From Colwellia sp. (lineage in GTDB: Bacteria; Pseudomonadota; Gammaproteobacteria; Enterobacterales; Alteromonadaceae), in NCBI GenBank assembly GCA_016765685.1, contig JAESPR010000125.1, forward strand, positions 11,844 through 75,843: DNA of 64,000 bases, in the 5' to 3' direction. Of the stretch, positions 63,446 to 64,000 are shown piece by piece; position 1 is the first letter of the stretch; the number at the start of each line of letters is the position of its first letter. The translations under genes and the position numbers were made by a program. The notes under the pieces were generated by a model. It saw only the letters and a list, made by a program, of their open reading frames with translations, was not told where the DNA came from and made no database searches.

Positions 63446-63476
63446 TCGCTACTCGCTACTCGCTACTCGCTACTCG
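63446..63476. repeat. heptamer tandem repeat (TCGCTAC)x4.4
   Basis: Read directly; an inverted copy AGTAGCGA lies at 63420-63427. Confidence 0.85.
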
Positions 63477-63999
63477 TCATCCGTGTTTCTCTGCCTTGTT
63501 CTGGTTGGTCAGGAATAAGCAGCGCTAAAACCAAAGAACACAAGGCAAAGCCAGCGCCAATATAAAATACCCACGACGGGTGAATGATCCACAACAGCCC
63601 TAACAACGCGGGGATCACGACAGCAGCAATATGATTAATAGAAAAACTTACCCCTGCACTGGCGGCAATATCTTCGGGTTGCGCAATTTTTTGAAAATAA
63701 GTTTTAATTGCAATGGAGAGTGCAAAAAATAAGTGATCAATCACATAAAGTGCTGCGGCAATATTGGCATTTTCGACTAAACCATAACTAATAAACACGA
63801 CAATCAAGCCAATATATTCAAAACGTAAGGTCGCTCGTTCACCAATTTTTCCAATTAACTTGCCAATTTTTGCGGCGAATAACCAGTTGAATACATAGTT
63901 AATTAAAAAAAGTGCGCTAACATCAGCAACACTATAATTAAACTTTTCTACCATTAAAAAACCAGCGAACACGACGAATATTTGTCTGCGCGCCCCACT
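63463..63999 (-). CDS. MFS transporter, C-terminal part (start lies beyond the window)
   Basis: Frame open to the window edge: SGARRQIFVVFAGFLMVEKF..IAIKTYFQKIA..SINHIAAV; multiple TM helices. Confidence 0.85.
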   Translation of the reverse strand, partial: SGARRQIFVVFAGFLMVEKFNYSVADVSALFLINYVFNWLFAAKIGKLIGKIGERATLRFEYIGLIVVFISYGLVENANIAAALYVIDHLFFALSIAIKTYFQKIAQPEDIAASAGVSFSINHIAAVVIPALLGLLWIIHPSWVFYIGAGFALCSLVLALLIPDQPEQGRETRMTSSE

Positions 64000-64000
64000 A

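Overview
AT-rich gammaproteobacterial chromosome segment; gene content and order suggest Alteromonadales (Colwellia/Thalassotalea-like), which is an inference. Mostly core genes: astA/argD, pabA, mpl, ubiX, rraA, hslUV, ftsN, priA, rpmE, dnaB, metR/metE, cheX, zur, dusA, pspA/C and cysJIH. Three things stand out. (1) A YcbX (MOSC + 2Fe-2S) gene is split by a 4,446-bp IS1595-family element (6329-10774) with 24-bp imperfect terminal inverted repeats and an exact 8-bp target duplication (TTGTTTTA). The element carries a REP pair, two exported-protein cargo genes and a decayed group II intron, and the intron is itself interrupted by an IS630. (2) A coupled ECF sigma / anti-sigma operon includes a 933-aa exported PDZ-PDZ-DUF547-Sel1 fusion followed by a stand-alone DUF547 paralog; this is the best candidate for an undescribed envelope-signalling system. 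(3) Downstream of dusA are two tandem Psp-type sigma-54 promoters, one preceding an unannotated 33-aa hydrophobic ORF and one preceding a non-canonical psp operon. MITE-like repeats and several eroded gene remnants absent from the ORF track were also found. No rRNA, tRNA or CRISPR array was seen. All family assignments come from motif recognition by eye; no searches were run.
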